Assembly (NCBI RefSeq): GCF_009914755.1
Contig: NC_060931.1
Reading direction: 5' to 3' (one strand)
Length of the DNA: 64,000 nt
DNA from: the human T2T-CHM13v2.0 reference genome, Homo sapiens
Under the pieces are notes generated by a model. It saw nothing but the letters and a program-made list of their open reading frames with translations, did no database searches and was not told the DNA's origin. A program made the position numbers and the translations under genes. This document shows, piece after piece, positions 1 through 16,099 of this stretch. Position 1 is the first letter of the stretch. Each line of letters opens with the position of its first letter.

Positions 1-616
1 CAAGCTGTCCTCGTTCATTCCTGGTGATAGGCTGAACTAACTTTGGGAGAAACCTAGTTTACAGTTTATAGTTTAAGCAAAGATGCTAACAGCCCTTTCC
101 CAAAGCAGACCTTCTTCTTGCTTGGGGACTAGATTGCCTTTGTAGGACTAACATTAGCCACAAGATTAGAAATTACGATTTAGGAGTCATGCAGATGGAG
201 GCTAAAGAAGACTCTGACACTCCCTAAACTGCTCCTAAGAGCAGGGCTTGAGAGGTTTTGCAGACCCTGCACTTGATGGATCAGCTGGCACCACCCAGAT
301 CAATAAACTGGCTCATCTGATCTTGTGGCCCCCACCCAGGAACTGACTTAGCGCAAGAAGACAGCTACGATTCCGTAGGATTTCACCCCTGACCAATCAG
401 CACTCTTGGCTCACTGGCTTCCTCCCCACCCATCAAGTTATCCTTAAAAACTCTGCTCCCTGAATGCATGGGGACACTGATTTGAGTAATAATAAAACTC
501 CGGTCTCCCGCACAGCTGGCTCTGCATGAATTACTCTTTCTCTATTGCAGTTCCCCTGTCTTGATGAATCGGTTCTGTCTAGGCAGTGGGCAAGGTGAAC
601 TCCTCGGGCAGTTACA
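1..616 (+). mobile_element. ERV1 LTR, LTR8-like (5' end outside window)
   Basis: caagctgtcctcgttcattcctgg...ggctgaactaactttggga resembles LTR8; AATAAA near 491; ends ...gggcagttaca. Confidence 0.8.
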
Positions 617-1204
617 ATAATACAGACAGAATGGGGTAGGGGAACAATCAGATAGGCATTTGTGTCTGGCAGGTGGGGGTGACTGCACCTATAAAGATAA
701 GCTCTGGATCAGATGCAGAGGCTCACACTTGTAATCCCAGCACTTTGGGAGGATGAGGTGGGCGGATCACCTGAGGTTGGGAGTTCGAGACCAGCCTGAC
801 CAACATGGAGAAACCCTGTCTACTAAAAACACAAAATTAGCTGGGCTTGGTGGCACATGCCTGAATCCCAGCTATCTGGGAGGCTGAGGCAGGAGAATCA
901 CTTGAACCTGGGAGGCGGAGGTTGCAGTGAACCAAGATTCACTCCAGCCTAGGCAACAAGAGTGAAACTCCGTCTCAAAAAAAAAAAGATAAGCTATCAA
1001 TTTGCATTGCCATGGTAAAGTTTTAACAGCTCACTAGGAATTTCTTATGGACAAATCATGGGGGAGGCATGTAGACTTTCCTCTTGCAGCCATCTTATTT
1101 AAGAACCAAATGGGGCAGGCAGGTTTGCGTGACCCAGTTCCCAGCTTGACTTTTCCCTTTGGCTAAATGAGTTTGGGGGTCTCAAAATTTAATTTCCTTT
1201 CACA
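617..1204 (-). mobile_element. MER4A-like ERV1 LTR, interrupted by an Alu
   Basis: Reverse complement begins tgtgaaaggaaattaaattttgagacccccaaactcatttagccaaagggaaaagtcaagctgggaactgggtcacgcaaacctgc. Confidence 0.75.
707..987 (+). mobile_element. AluS
   Basis: Dimeric Alu with A-tail; TSD aaagataagct on both sides. Confidence 0.95.
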
Positions 1205-1269
1205 ACATTCACCAATCAAACAAGGTTGACAAGGATTGTTGTTGGTATTGTTTTGTTGTTTGTTGTTTT

Positions 1270-1569
<300 letters not shown>

Positions 1570-1762
1570 TAAACAGTGATTACAAAATAACTCATCATAG
1601 AAAGTTAAAAGTGAAGTGAGATACCATAAATGGAAAACGCGGGATGCTGAGCATATTGTTCTATTAAGGGTCAGTGTTTTTCCCACACATGTTCAACATC
1701 TTGATTTAACTAAAAAGAAAAGGGGGAGTGGGTAGGAGGTGCCATGACTTTCCCAGTTTCCA

Positions 1763-1829
1763 GGCCAACATGGTGAAACACCGTCTCTACTAAAAATACA
1801 AAAATTAGCCAGGCATGGTGGCGAGCACC
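1763..1829 (+). mobile_element. Internal Alu fragment
   Basis: ggccaacatggtgaaa...tactaaaaatacaaaaattagccaggcatggtggcg; no head and no tail. Confidence 0.85.
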
Positions 1830-1925
1830 AGTTTCCTTAGGTATATTAAAAGAATGCAGCGTGCCACAAGGAAAGACTACAGAGAATTAGTCTGGGGGAG
1901 TCAGAATGTAATAGGAATGTAATTG

Positions 1926-2275
<350 letters not shown>

Positions 2276-2473
2276 CTAAGGGAGGAGCTCTGGAGTAGAG
2301 TAGAGGCTCTCTTTGTAGTAGGCACCTCCTGCCTGCTGCCATGACAGAGGTTCTCTCCATCTGCCATTCCCATCTGTATGGGTGTGTCCTATACATTGAT
2401 GGCTCCCACCAAGCCTCCTCATAAACTGTGTATTCCCAGCTCATGTTAACTAATTTACTTCGTGGTGTATGTC

Positions 2474-2587
2474 TTTTTTTTTTAGAGAGAGGGGCCTGGC
2501 TATGTTGCCCAGGCTAGAGTGCAGTGGCTATTCACAGACGTGATCATGGCACACTGCAGCTGCAAACTCCTAAGCTCAAACTATCCT
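2474..2587 (-). mobile_element. FLAM/FAM-type Alu monomer
   Basis: gtgcagtggctattcacag... 7SL-like monomer preceded by polyT. Confidence 0.7.
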
Positions 2588-2717
2588 TGTGTGCTTCTTA
2601 ATCTTCCACTGCACCAAAGAATTGTTCTGTGCTGCCATCTTCAAACTAATAGGATCACCATTCTCTTTCCCTGGGCTTTTCCTGGGGCTGCGTGAATGCC
2701 AGTATCCTCAGCTGTCA

Positions 2718-3114
<397 letters not shown>

Positions 3115-3941
3115 TTAGGATACCTTTAGAATAAGGTTGAAAGGGATAGAAATTGCTGCTAGTTATCTTATCTCAATCTTAGAATGTTTAAACCGGAAGG
3201 GGACTTAAGAGATGAAGATACTGAGGTCCAGGGACACACCAGGGTCACCCTGAGTAAGCACACAGGTCTCCAACCTACTCGTTCACCACTCTCCACTACA
3301 CTTCCCTCTTTCTCTCATCGACTGTTATGAATCTTAATCCTTTTTCTCTTTTATGTTCGAGGTTTTAAAGGAAGAAAATTAAATTTTTTTCTACTTGTTT
3401 AATTCTGTGTCAAAAACCCACCAACATCATGCTAAGCTCTTCATATTTAACTACTAGAGTGAAAAATAAATATGTAAATAGCAGAGATCCATGTAGTGAC
3501 CCAGGGACATATTCCCTGAGAAAATTATGTGCATCTGCACCAGGATATTTATACAGGAACTGTTTTACCAGGTGGTCAGATGGTGCCACGGGATAAAATA
3601 TGACATGAGTGTGGCCAAGGTCAAGAAGCAGGTAAGTGCTGCCCAGGGAAGAGAAGACCAGAGCATGAGTCAAGGTCACTGAGAACAGACAACATGCACA
3701 CCAGGGTCAAGCATCTATTTACAGCAAGACGAGTGAGAACACAAAATCCAGTCCCTTGCAAGATATCGGTCCCCACAACCAGCAGATACACTTCATATCC
3801 AATCCAGGCAGCATGGCCACACACAGCCCTTTTTGGGCTGTAGTATGCTGGGCCCAGACCCTTGCCCCATGAGGTCTGAAATACAAAAAGCTGGAGGCAT
3901 GCCTGACACATGCATGGCTAAGTAGTCTGTTTTTTATTTGT

Positions 3942-4245
<304 letters not shown>

Positions 4246-4439
4246 TGTTAAGCAGTTTTGAGAAAGGTTTACTTGTGCTCAGTAAAGAGGGAACAGGTAC
4301 AGTCCGGTGCGCTCTGAGCTCTTGCATGCAATTTGCTTAGTGAGCTGGTCAGCACCTCCTGTACCAAGCACAGCGTTCTTCTTCTTCTTGGGAACACTGG
4401 CTGCCTTTGGACCTTTCTCTCACAAAAACATTTGACATC

Positions 4440-4915
4440 GTACATGTATCCTGATGGTCTTATATACTCAACATTGTTTGCAATAGCCCGTGCAGGAAAA
4501 ACATTGGAATGGATAAATTGTGAGATGTTCACACAATGAAATACACACAGCAATAAAAGTAAACAGACTAGAGATACGCACGATAATATAAATGAATCTT
4601 AAAGTTAATATCATGCAAAAATGCAAGACACAAAAGCATACATGCTAATTCCATTTATATGAAGTTCAAAAATAAGCAAAACTAAACTATTGTTTAGGAA
4701 TACATACATAATTGGCAAAACACCAAAGAATGGCAAGTGACCAAAAGAAGTGACCAACATTCATAAAAAGCAGAATTGTGGTTCCTCCATGGAAAAGGAG
4801 GAGTTTGAGCCAGATGTTGTTTCAAAACACAGGGATATTATGAAATTTCCTGTCTTAATCTAGCTGATAATCAGACAAGTGTTTGCCTTATAAATATTTA
4901 CTGTACTGAACATTT
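4440..4915 (+). mobile_element. Old L1M (L1ME-like) 3' end
   Basis: attccatttatatgaagttcaaaaataagcaaaactaaactattgtttagg is typical of L1M 3' UTR. Confidence 0.65.
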
Positions 4916-4917
4916 AC

Positions 4918-5388
4918 TGTGGAGCCTACGAGAATGCACCACCCAGCCCTCCTATTACAAGGAGTATTACTTGACTGAAGGCGTAGATGCATTCAGAACC
5001 CCACTGCAGCATTGTGGTAAGGCCAACCCCACCCACAACAATAGGATTGGCCCTGAGGCTGCTCCACTCATGGCTGAGATTGACAGGTAGAGCAGGGCAG
5101 AACAGATCCTAGGAGATACAGGAGGCTTGCAACCACAAACTTCAGCTGAGGGGCTCCCCAATAGCTTTGCCAAACCTTCCCTAGACTTCAAGTCAATTTA
5201 GGACAAATCTATCTCTCTCTCTTTCACCCTGGGTCAGACTTGCAGGGGAACAATTGCTGTCCTAGCCTTTCCCCAAAGCCTCTCCGATTCCCTCTCTATT
5301 TACTTTCCCAAAGGTATTTCTCTTTATAAAATCATTGCACATTTAATCCCTTCTTGGCCTCTGCTTCTCGAAGGACCCCAAGCTAGCA
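4918..5388 (+). mobile_element. ERVL LTR, LTR16-like
   Basis: TG start; ataaaatcattgcacatttaatcccttcttggcctctgcttctcgaaggaccc-type 3' end. Confidence 0.55.
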
Positions 5389-5406
5389 AAATTATGTTTT
5401 ATTCCC

Positions 5407-5754
<348 letters not shown>

Positions 5755-5768
5755 TAAAACGGTCATGC

Positions 5769-6136
5769 TGGCTGGGCATGGAGGATAACACCTGTAATCC
5801 CAGCACTTTGAGAGGCCAAGGTGGGTGGATGACCAGGTCAGGAGTTGGAGACTAGCCTGGCCAACATGGTGAAACCCCATCTCTACTAAAAATACAAAAA
5901 TTAGCTGGGCGTGGTGGTGCACACCTGTAATCCCAGCTACTTGGGAGGCTGAGGCAGGAGAATTGTTTGAATTCAGGAGGTGGAGGTTGCAGTGAGATCG
6001 CACCACTGCACTCCAGCCTGGGCGACAGAGCAAGATTCTGTCAAGAAGAAGGAGAAGGAGAAGGAGAAGCAGAAGCAGAAGCAGAAGCAGAAGCAGAAGC
6101 AGAAGCAGAAGCAGAAGCAGAAGCAGCAGAAGAAGA
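5769..6136 (+). mobile_element. AluS whose tail is a (GAAGCA)n microsatellite
   Basis: Alu body to about 6042, then gaagga/gaagca hexamer array. Confidence 0.9.
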
Positions 6137-6229
6137 AACAGTCATGCCAATCTGTATAGCAAAAAAGTGAGGGGGAGTTAAAAATCTGGTGGTGTATCTA
6201 TGGGGGTTGATGGTGTTGCTGAAATGCCC

Positions 6230-6673
6230 CATAATGGTTAATATTGTGTCAACTTGATTGGATTGAAGGACGCAAAGTACTGCTCCTGGGTGTGTCTGTG
6301 AGGGTGTTGCCAAAGGAGATTAACATTTGAGTCGGTTGTCTGGGAAAGGCAGACTCACCCTCAATCTGGGCGAGCACAATCTAATCAGCTGCCAGTGTGG
6401 CCAGAATAAAAGCAGGCAGAAGAATGTGGAAAGACTAGACTGGTTTAGCCTCCCAGTCTACATCTTTCTCCCATGCTGGATGCTTCCTGCCCTTAAACAT
6501 CAGACTCCAAGTTCTTCAGCTTTAGGACTTGCACTGGCTTCCTTGCTCCTCAGCTTGTAGATGGCCTATTGTGGGACCTTGTGATTGTGTGAGTCAATAC
6601 TCCTTAATAAACTCCCCTTTATATATACATCTATCCTATTTGTTCTGTCCCTCCAGAGAACCCTGACTAATAC
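6230..6673 (+). mobile_element. MLT2A/B (HERV-L) solo LTR
   Basis: atggttaatattgtgtcaacttgattggattgaagg ... aataaactcccc ... agaaccctgactaataca. Confidence 0.9.
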
Positions 6674-7628
6674 AGCCCCCAAAACCAACATTGACCTCTT
6701 AGTTTAGAATTTGGAAAATGTGGGAAATCAGGCTCTACTGGTCAGTGATTTTAAATGGTTTGTATTGGACTAATTTCTTCAGAGAAGCTCTTTTCTTTTT
6801 TCCAATCTTTAAAGTGTCTATGAGACAGAAAATACTAATAATGGTGAACAACTTTGCATGTATTTCTGTTTGTTTCCACATATGCTGTCTCAGTGACCCT
6901 CACCATAACCCCATTACTGTATTACAGAGAGGAAGCCAAGCCACAGGGAGATTTAGTGATCTGCCTGTTGCCACTTGTCTACTATCCCTGTTGCCACTTG
7001 TCTACTATGTGGAATAGTAAAGACAGAAAGACAGAACCAAAGTTTTTGACTTACAGTCCTCAGTGTTTCGTTTCCTCCTTGGCTGGACACAGTTTACATT
7101 TCAATACTATTACATTCATATTTTAACACTGAGCCTTCTACTAAATAGGGCATTCGATCTCATAGAACTTCCAAGAAGCCTTAGTCCCCTCTCTGGGTTT
7201 CAGCCAATAGCTCATCTCAAGACATGTGGAGTCTTACCTCACTCTGGCTCTTGGTATTCACCCCAGACATTGTCCAGACAAACTAAAAAGAGCTCTATCA
7301 GGATCCCTAGCACCAAAGACCCAAACTAGGCCAGGACAACAAAAATAGTGAGGAGGAAGAAACTGAGCCCCTTGATGGTCCTGTTCCCCAGCCCAAGCTC
7401 TCCCATCCACCTACTGACCACACTAGAAGGCAGCTTGTCACTGGGGAGTGACCCTGAACACAGGGGCCCTTAGATTCAGAGTGTGGCTAGGATGTGAGGA
7501 AGAGCAAGCCCATTCTAGCTGCTTTTGCAGGAGCTAGAAGACACCTGGCAATTTTCAGGGAAATCCCTGCCATATTGGTACCACGGGAAAGGGAAAGAAA
7601 GATGGCCTATTGTGGGACCTTGTGATTG

Positions 7629-7946
7629 AGAAAGAAAGAAAGAAAGAGAGAAGAAAGAAAGAAAGAAGAGAAGAGAAAGAGAGAAGAAAGAAAGAAAGAA
7701 GAGAAAGAGAGGAAGACAGAAGAGAAAGAGAGGAAGAGAGAAAAAGAAAGAAAGAAAGAAAAAGAGAGAAGAGAAAGAGAGAAAGAAACAAAGAAAGGAA
7801 GGAAGGAACGAAAGGGGAGGGGAGGGGAGGGGAGGGAGGAGAGGGGAGGGAGGGGAGGGGAGGGGAGGGGAGGGGAGGGAGGGGAGGGGAGGGGAGGGAA
7901 GGGAAGGGAAGGGAAGGGGAGGGAAGGGAAGGGAAGGGAAGGGAAG
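7629..7946. repeat. Polypurine tract (GAAA)n-(GGGGA)n-(GGGAA)n
   Basis: About 320 bp almost purely A/G on the + strand. Confidence 0.95.
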
Positions 7947-8344
7947 AAATCCCTGCTATAAACCTCTCCTAGCAGCTCTGAAGACAGGCTCCAGATTTTC
8001 TGGTTGCATTAACCCTTAACCTCAGTCCCCAACACTTTCCAGGAGTTTGTTATGTCACAACCCTGCATCCTCAGAGACTGTGCTTCAGTGTCCCAGCCAA
8101 GTTTGCCACCGCTTAATTTGCCTTACCAAAGAGCTCTATTCTGGATAATCTAGTGACCCAGGGCCACTGGAAAATTTATTTAAAGAGTTGGTTTGCCCTT
8201 GGGGAAAACTACATAGACCTGATAACAGAAAAACTGCATTATACCTGGTAATTGGAAAACTAATAGTTTGGAAGTGATGATTTAAATTATGCCATGGAGG
8301 AAATAAAATATTAGGCATAATGAATATAGTTGATCATAAAAGAA

Positions 8345-8745
8345 TATTCTTGTCTTATTCCAGTTTGTTGGGGGAATGCTTTCAACCTTTCCCCATTCTG
8401 TATGATGTTGGCTGTGGGTTTGTCATACATGGCTTTTATTAGCTTGAGGTATGTATATTCCTTTTATGCTTAGTTTGTTGAGGGTTTTTATCACAAAGGG
8501 ATGCTGAATTTTATCAAATGCTTTTTTCACATCTATTAAGATAATTATATGGTTTTTATCTATAATTCTGTTTATATGATGTATTACATTTATTAATTTG
8601 CATATGTTGAACCATGCTTGCATCCCATCCTTGGTCATGATGTGTGCTGTTCGATGTGCTGTTTGAATTGGCTTACTAGTATGTTGTTGAGGAATTTTGC
8701 ATCTATGTTCATTGGGGATATTGGTCTATAGTTTTCTTTTTTAGG
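8345..8745 (-). mobile_element. L1 ORF2 (RT region) fragment, antisense
   Basis: ORF 8423-8638 [19 protein letters not shown]...[10 protein letters not shown] is L1 ORF2. Confidence 0.9.
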
Positions 8746-9165
8746 TCACATTCTTTTAAGGCTCAAAATAATTTAGATCTCCAACAGCTTAGATTCTGAA
8801 TTTTTTCACATATCTTTCAGTCCTAAATCCTAGGCCTTTAATCAGTTGTGTGGTAAGTGTTAGTTCAGAAAGATATACAGCACACTCTTGTCTACATAAT
8901 GCTGGCATGGCTGTTATAAAAAAAGTTTTGGTCATCTCAGGTTCCCAAAAGCTGGGTTCTCTTCCTATTTTGGGAAAAGAGGCAAACTAGTCATAGTTCT
9001 ATAGATAACAAACCATGTGTGCCTAGAACCCCAAACTATGTCAAAAGGACTGCCCAATTAATGAGGGTGAACTGTCTATTTAATGGGAATTGAAAGCTTT
9101 AAGTCTCTTTTACTAATTAGTAGCAGATGCTGTACCAGATGCTGAATGGGGACTTACAGAGGGCA

Positions 9166-9167
<2 letters not shown>

Positions 9168-9224
<57 letters not shown>

Positions 9225-9247
9225 TATATATACATATATATATATAA
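9168..9247. repeat. (TA)n/(CA)n microsatellite
   Basis: Direct reading. Confidence 0.95.
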
Positions 9248-10890
9248 AGATATATTCTGTAATAATCATTCCAAATAATATTAGCATTTACATCTTTCTG
9301 CTGGCCTGTGTTATGAACAGCAATCCACCACCACTCTTCAATGAAGTACTGGAACTCCTAGCCAGAGCAATTGAGCAAGAGAAAGAAGAAAAAGGCATAC
9401 AAATTGAAAAATAGAAAGTCAAAGTATCTCTGTTTGATGATGACATGATCTTATACCTGAAAAAATATAAAGGTTCCACCAAAAAACTCTTACATTTGAT
9501 AAATGAATTTAGTAAAGTTGCAGGATACAAAATTAATATACAAATATCAGGGGTGTGTCTATACACCAATTAGCAATATAGCTGAGAGTGAAATCAAGAA
9601 GACATCCTACTTGCAATAGCTATAATATTAAAGAATAATGAAATACCTTGGACTATATTTAACCAAGGAGGTAAAAGATCTCTACAAGGAAAACTACAGA
9701 ACACTGATGAAAGAAATTAGGGATGCTACAAACAAATGAAAAAAAAAAGTCCCAGTTCATGGATTGGAATAATTAATATTACTAAAATGACCATACTACC
9801 CAAAGCAATCTACAGATTCAATGCTATCCCCATGAAAATGCCAACATTATTTTTCACAGAACTATAAAAAAAGATTCTAAAATTCATGCAGAACCAAAAA
9901 AAGAGTCCAAATAACCAAAGCAATTCTAAGCAAAAGGATTGAAGCTGGAGACGTTGCATTACCTGACTTCAAATTAGACTCTGAATCTATAGTAACCAAA
10001 AACAGCATGATACTGGTATAAAATTAGACAAAAAGATCAATGAAACAGAATAGAGAACCCAGAAATGAAGCCACATATGTATAGCCAACAGATCTTTGTT
10101 GAAGTCAAGAAGAACATACATTAGGAAAGGGACACCCTTTTCAATAAATGCTGCTGGGAAAATTAGAATGCCATATGCATAAGAATGAATCTGGACCCCT
10201 GTCTCTCATCACATATGAATATCAACTCAAGATACATTAAAGACTTGCATGTAAGACCTGTGGCTGTAAAAATACTAGGAGAAGGTCAGACATGGTGGTT
10301 CACACCTGTAATCCCAGCACTTTGGGAGGCCGAGGTGGGTGGATCACCTGAGGTCAGGAGTTTGAAAACAGCCTGACCAACATGGTGAAACCCTGTCTCT
10401 ACTAAAAATACAAAAATTAGCAGGGCATGGTGGTGCAAGGCTGTAATCCCAGCTACTAGGGAGGCTGAGGCAGGAGAACCACTTGAACTCAGGAGGAGGA
10501 GGATGCAGTGAGCCAAGGGCACTGAGATCACACCACTATGCTCCAGACCGGGCAAAAAGAGTGAAACTCCGTCTCAAAAAAAAAAAAAAAAAAAAATACT
10601 GGAAGAAAATATGGAAAAAACTCTTCTGGACATTGGTCTAGGCAAAGAATTTATGACTAAGACCTCAAAAGCACAGGCAACAAAAACAAAAATAGACCAG
10701 TTAGACTTAATTAAACTAAAAGCTTCTGCACAGCAAAAGAAATAATCAACAGAGTGAACAGACAACCTGCAGAATGGGAGAAAATATTTGCAAACTATGC
10801 ATCTGACAGGGGACTGATATCCAGAATATACATACAAGGAACTCAAACAACTCAACAACAACAAAAAAAATACCATTAAAAAGTGGGCAA

Positions 10891-12085
<1,195 letters not shown>

Positions 12086-12128
12086 TGAGTAGCTGGGATT
12101 ACAGGCACCCACCACCACACCCTGCTAA

Positions 12129-12284
<156 letters not shown>

Positions 12285-13190
12285 TAAAAATGGCCAACGG
12301 TTATGTGAAAAAATGCTCAACATCACTAATTATCAGTGAAACGTAAGTTAAAACCACAATGAAATATCATCTAAGCCAGGCATGGTGACCCATGCCTGTA
12401 ATCCCAGCACTTTGGGAGGCCAAGACAGCAGGATCACCTGAGCCCAGGAGTTTGACACCAGCCTGGACAACATAGAGAGAAACCACCTGTCAAAAAATAC
12501 AAACATTAGCCAGGCATGGTGGTGCCCACCCATAGTCTCAGCTACTCGACAGGCTGAGGTGAGAGGGTCACCTGAGCCTAACAGTCCGAGGCTGCAGTGA
12601 GCTGTGACTACACCACTGCACTCCAGCCTGGGCAACAGGGTAAGACCCTGTCTCAAAACCAAACAAACAAACAAAATTAAATATTATTTTATCCCAGTCA
12701 GAACAGCTATTATTTAAAAGTCAAAAAAAAAAAAAACAACTATTGGCGAGGATGTGGAGAAAAGGGAACTCTTACACAATGTTGGTGGGAATGTAAATTA
12801 GTAACCGTCTACGGAAAACAGTTTGGAGATTTCTCAAAGAAGTAAAAATAGAACGACAATTCAATCCAGCAATCTCACTACTGAATATCTACCCAAAGGA
12901 AATCAATATATCAAAAAGACACCTGCACCTGTACATTTATTAAAGCACTATTTACAATAGCAAAGATGTGGACTCAACCTAAGTGTTCATCCATGGATGA
13001 TTCGATAAAGAAAATGTGGCATATATACACGTATTCAGCTATAAACAAGAATGAAATCATGTCTTTTGCAGCAACATGGATGGAACTAGAGGTCAATATG
13101 TTAGGTAAAGGCCAGGCGCGGTGACTCACACCTGTAATCCCAGCTCTTTGGAAGGCCAACGTGGCTGAATTACCTGAGGTCAGCAGTTCA

Positions 13191-13423
<233 letters not shown>

Positions 13424-13730
13424 CTAGACACACAAAACAAATATCTCATGTTTTCATAAGTTGGAACTTAAAAAAATGTATACATATGAATGTAGAGAGT
13501 GGAATGACAGAACATGCAGACTCAGAAGGGTAAGGAGATTGCAAGGGTACATGAAGAGAAATTACTTTTGAAGGGCAAAATGTATGTTATCCAGGTGATA
13601 GGTACCCTAAAAGCCCTGACTTGAGCACTATGCAATCTATGCATGTAACAAAATTGCACTTGTACCTTATAAATTTTTACAAGCAAAAAATAAAATAAAA
13701 TAAAATATAAAATAAAACAAAATAAATGAA

Positions 13731-14278
13731 TGTGATGATGGCACCTGAGTCACGTGAAAGACAGCTGTAACCTAGGCAGCCGTAAACTTTGTTTCTCTGT
13801 TTATAGATTAGCCTTTTACCTTGCCTATATTGTTTTGTAAAATGTTGCAAATTATTAAAGAGCCCCGAGGAAGACCGCTTCCCTCTTCACTTATAGATTA
13901 ACATTCCTCTTACCTTTCTCACACAAAAACTTCATGGCTATCACATTGTCTTAAGATGGGATGTTAAATACATTCTTTTTAATTGGAAAGGAAATAAAAA
14001 CCAGCTATAAAGAAAAGAAAACAAGCATTATGGAAAAGAAAACAAAACTGCAACAAATTACATTGTTGTAACTCATAAACCAGTCTTTTATAGAAAATGT
14101 TATAATCCTACTAAATGTCTTTGTTATCTTTCTATATAAGTAAGAACTTAGCTTTTCGTTTAGGAACACTGACCCCATTTCTCTAGAGTCTTTGTGTCTC
14201 AGATGGCTATTCCCAGCTTTTTGCTTGAATAAACTCTTTAAACTGGATTCTGGTCCTTTTGATTATTTCAGGTTGACA
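13731..14278 (+). mobile_element. ERV1 solo LTR (family not resolved)
   Basis: TG...CA ends, TATA-like ctatataag, aataaactc, ttcaggttgaca end. Confidence 0.65.
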
Positions 14279-15151
14279 GAAACAAGTAAGAAAAAGTATA
14301 TGTGCTTGAATGTCCACTTGCTTTAAGCAGATTATTACGTTATGATGACTTGGCTTGCAGAGCAAAGAAAATATGAAAAAGAAGCACATCTCAATTATTC
14401 TTTCTGGAAGGAATCCAAGAACAACTAGACGAGAGATTTTATATGGCTGGTCTCCCATGGAAAACTGACCTTTTCCATTTTCAGTAACTCCAAGACCAGC
14501 TGTTCAGACTGTGAACCACAAGGGCGTAAAGGATGTCATTCTTATCTTTTTTTTTTTTTTTTTTTTTTTGAGAGAGCGCATCTCCCTCTGCCCAATCATA
14601 GATCACTCAAGCAGCATCAAGCTCCTAGGCTCAAGTGATCCTGCTGCCTTGGCACCCCAAAGTGTTAGGATTACAGGCATGAGTCACTGTGCCCAACTCA
14701 TAGACATCTTTATAATTTTCCATTCTTGTGAATATTTGTATTTATAATGTTATTGGCTCTAAAAATTGATGCTATGAGAGTTTTTGGCAGATGGCAGTAA
14801 AATGTCTCTTGCTAATAAAATCTGCATATTACCATTTTCTGAAAAATGAAAGTAAATGGTTTATCTAACTGTTTCAATATGTATAATTCGGTTTCAATTT
14901 AAACAGGAGGAATAAGTACAATAATATAAAGATCTTGAAGATCCAAAAGCAAGTGAAACAAATCTGTCCTTCTACACAAGGAGATGCTTTTCAACCAAAA
15001 TACTGTTTAGGGAGCATCGTAACATGTGAAGCAAAATTCTTTGTTGGTCTTAGGGCACTTAGTATTTCATATAATAGTTCATATGATCACCTACTTATTT
15101 ATTATATTGGAAAGATATTGTCGAGTATCTCTGAGTCTTTTGATTATAACA

Positions 15152-15700
15152 TGTGAAGGAAATAAAAATATTTTACCCCAAAATATATTTCTTTGCCATA
15201 CTTTGAAGTGACCTGCAAGGATGTCTTTTGTGGGAGAAATTTGCATATGTCCATCTGTAGAGAATCTGCATTAATACAGCCAGCACTTCTCTGGATCCAG
15301 GAAAGATTAACAGAGTTAAAGGTCTGAAAAGGAACATTTACCATCTATTCTCTCTAAGGGCTCCTACCTGTGAGGTTTCATCTACATAACAAGACCACAT
15401 TTGTTAGGCAAGCCTCTTCCTTTCTCCCTCCCGTGATCTGCTTTGCCACTAAAACCTGACTTACCGCTATAACTGATGATTATTATTTTTTTTGGCCATA
15501 CTCTGAGCCCACATTCTTTTTGTAACCTCAAGATGTTACACAAGTTTTTGTACCTCACTGAGGGGTTGGGTCTTCATTCTGAAGGCTCACATGTATATAC
15601 ATTAAATACATTTGTATGTCTTTTCTCCTATTAATCAATCTGCCTCATTTCAGTGATTTTTCAGCAAACCTTTAGGAGGACAAGCCCCTTGGCTCCACAT
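15152..15700 (+). mobile_element. MER4-group ERV1 solo LTR (possibly LTR49-like)
   Basis: tgaaggaaataaaaatattttaccccaaaatatatttc start; homologous to the LTR near 55930. Confidence 0.65.
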
Positions 15701-15775
15701 ATGATTCACTACATAATAACTAACCTTTATTTACCACTAAAAATTTACAAAGAAATACTGCATAGAGATTGCTAA

Positions 15776-16099
15776 TTTTTTTTTATTACAAATTTGGTAG
15801 TTTTATTGTCTTTGATTTTTTAACAATTTTTTTTATTATTATACTTTAAGTTTTAGGGTACATGTGCACAACATGCAGGTTTGTTACATATGTAGACATG
15901 TGCCATGTTGGTGTGCCGCACCCATTAACTCGTCATTTACATTAGGTATATCTCCTAATGCTCTCCCTCCCCCCTCCCCCACCCCACAACAGGCCCCGGT
16001 GTGTGATGTTCCCCTTCCTGTGTCCAAGTGCTCTCATTGTTCAATTCCCACCTATAAGTGAGAACATGCGGTGTTTGGTTTTTTGTCCCTGCGATAGTT
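15776..16099 (-). mobile_element. 5'-truncated L1PA 3' end with a short 3' extension
   Basis: tattatactttaagttttagggtacatgtgcacaac is the antisense L1PA 3' UTR; TSD gagattgctaa 15765-15775 and 16100-16110. Confidence 0.9.

Noticed and set aside
5967-6313. (EA)n and (SA)n ORFs
   Set aside because: Alu tail microsatellite
7555-7972. Charged K/E/R/G-rich ORFs
   Set aside because: Polypurine simple repeat
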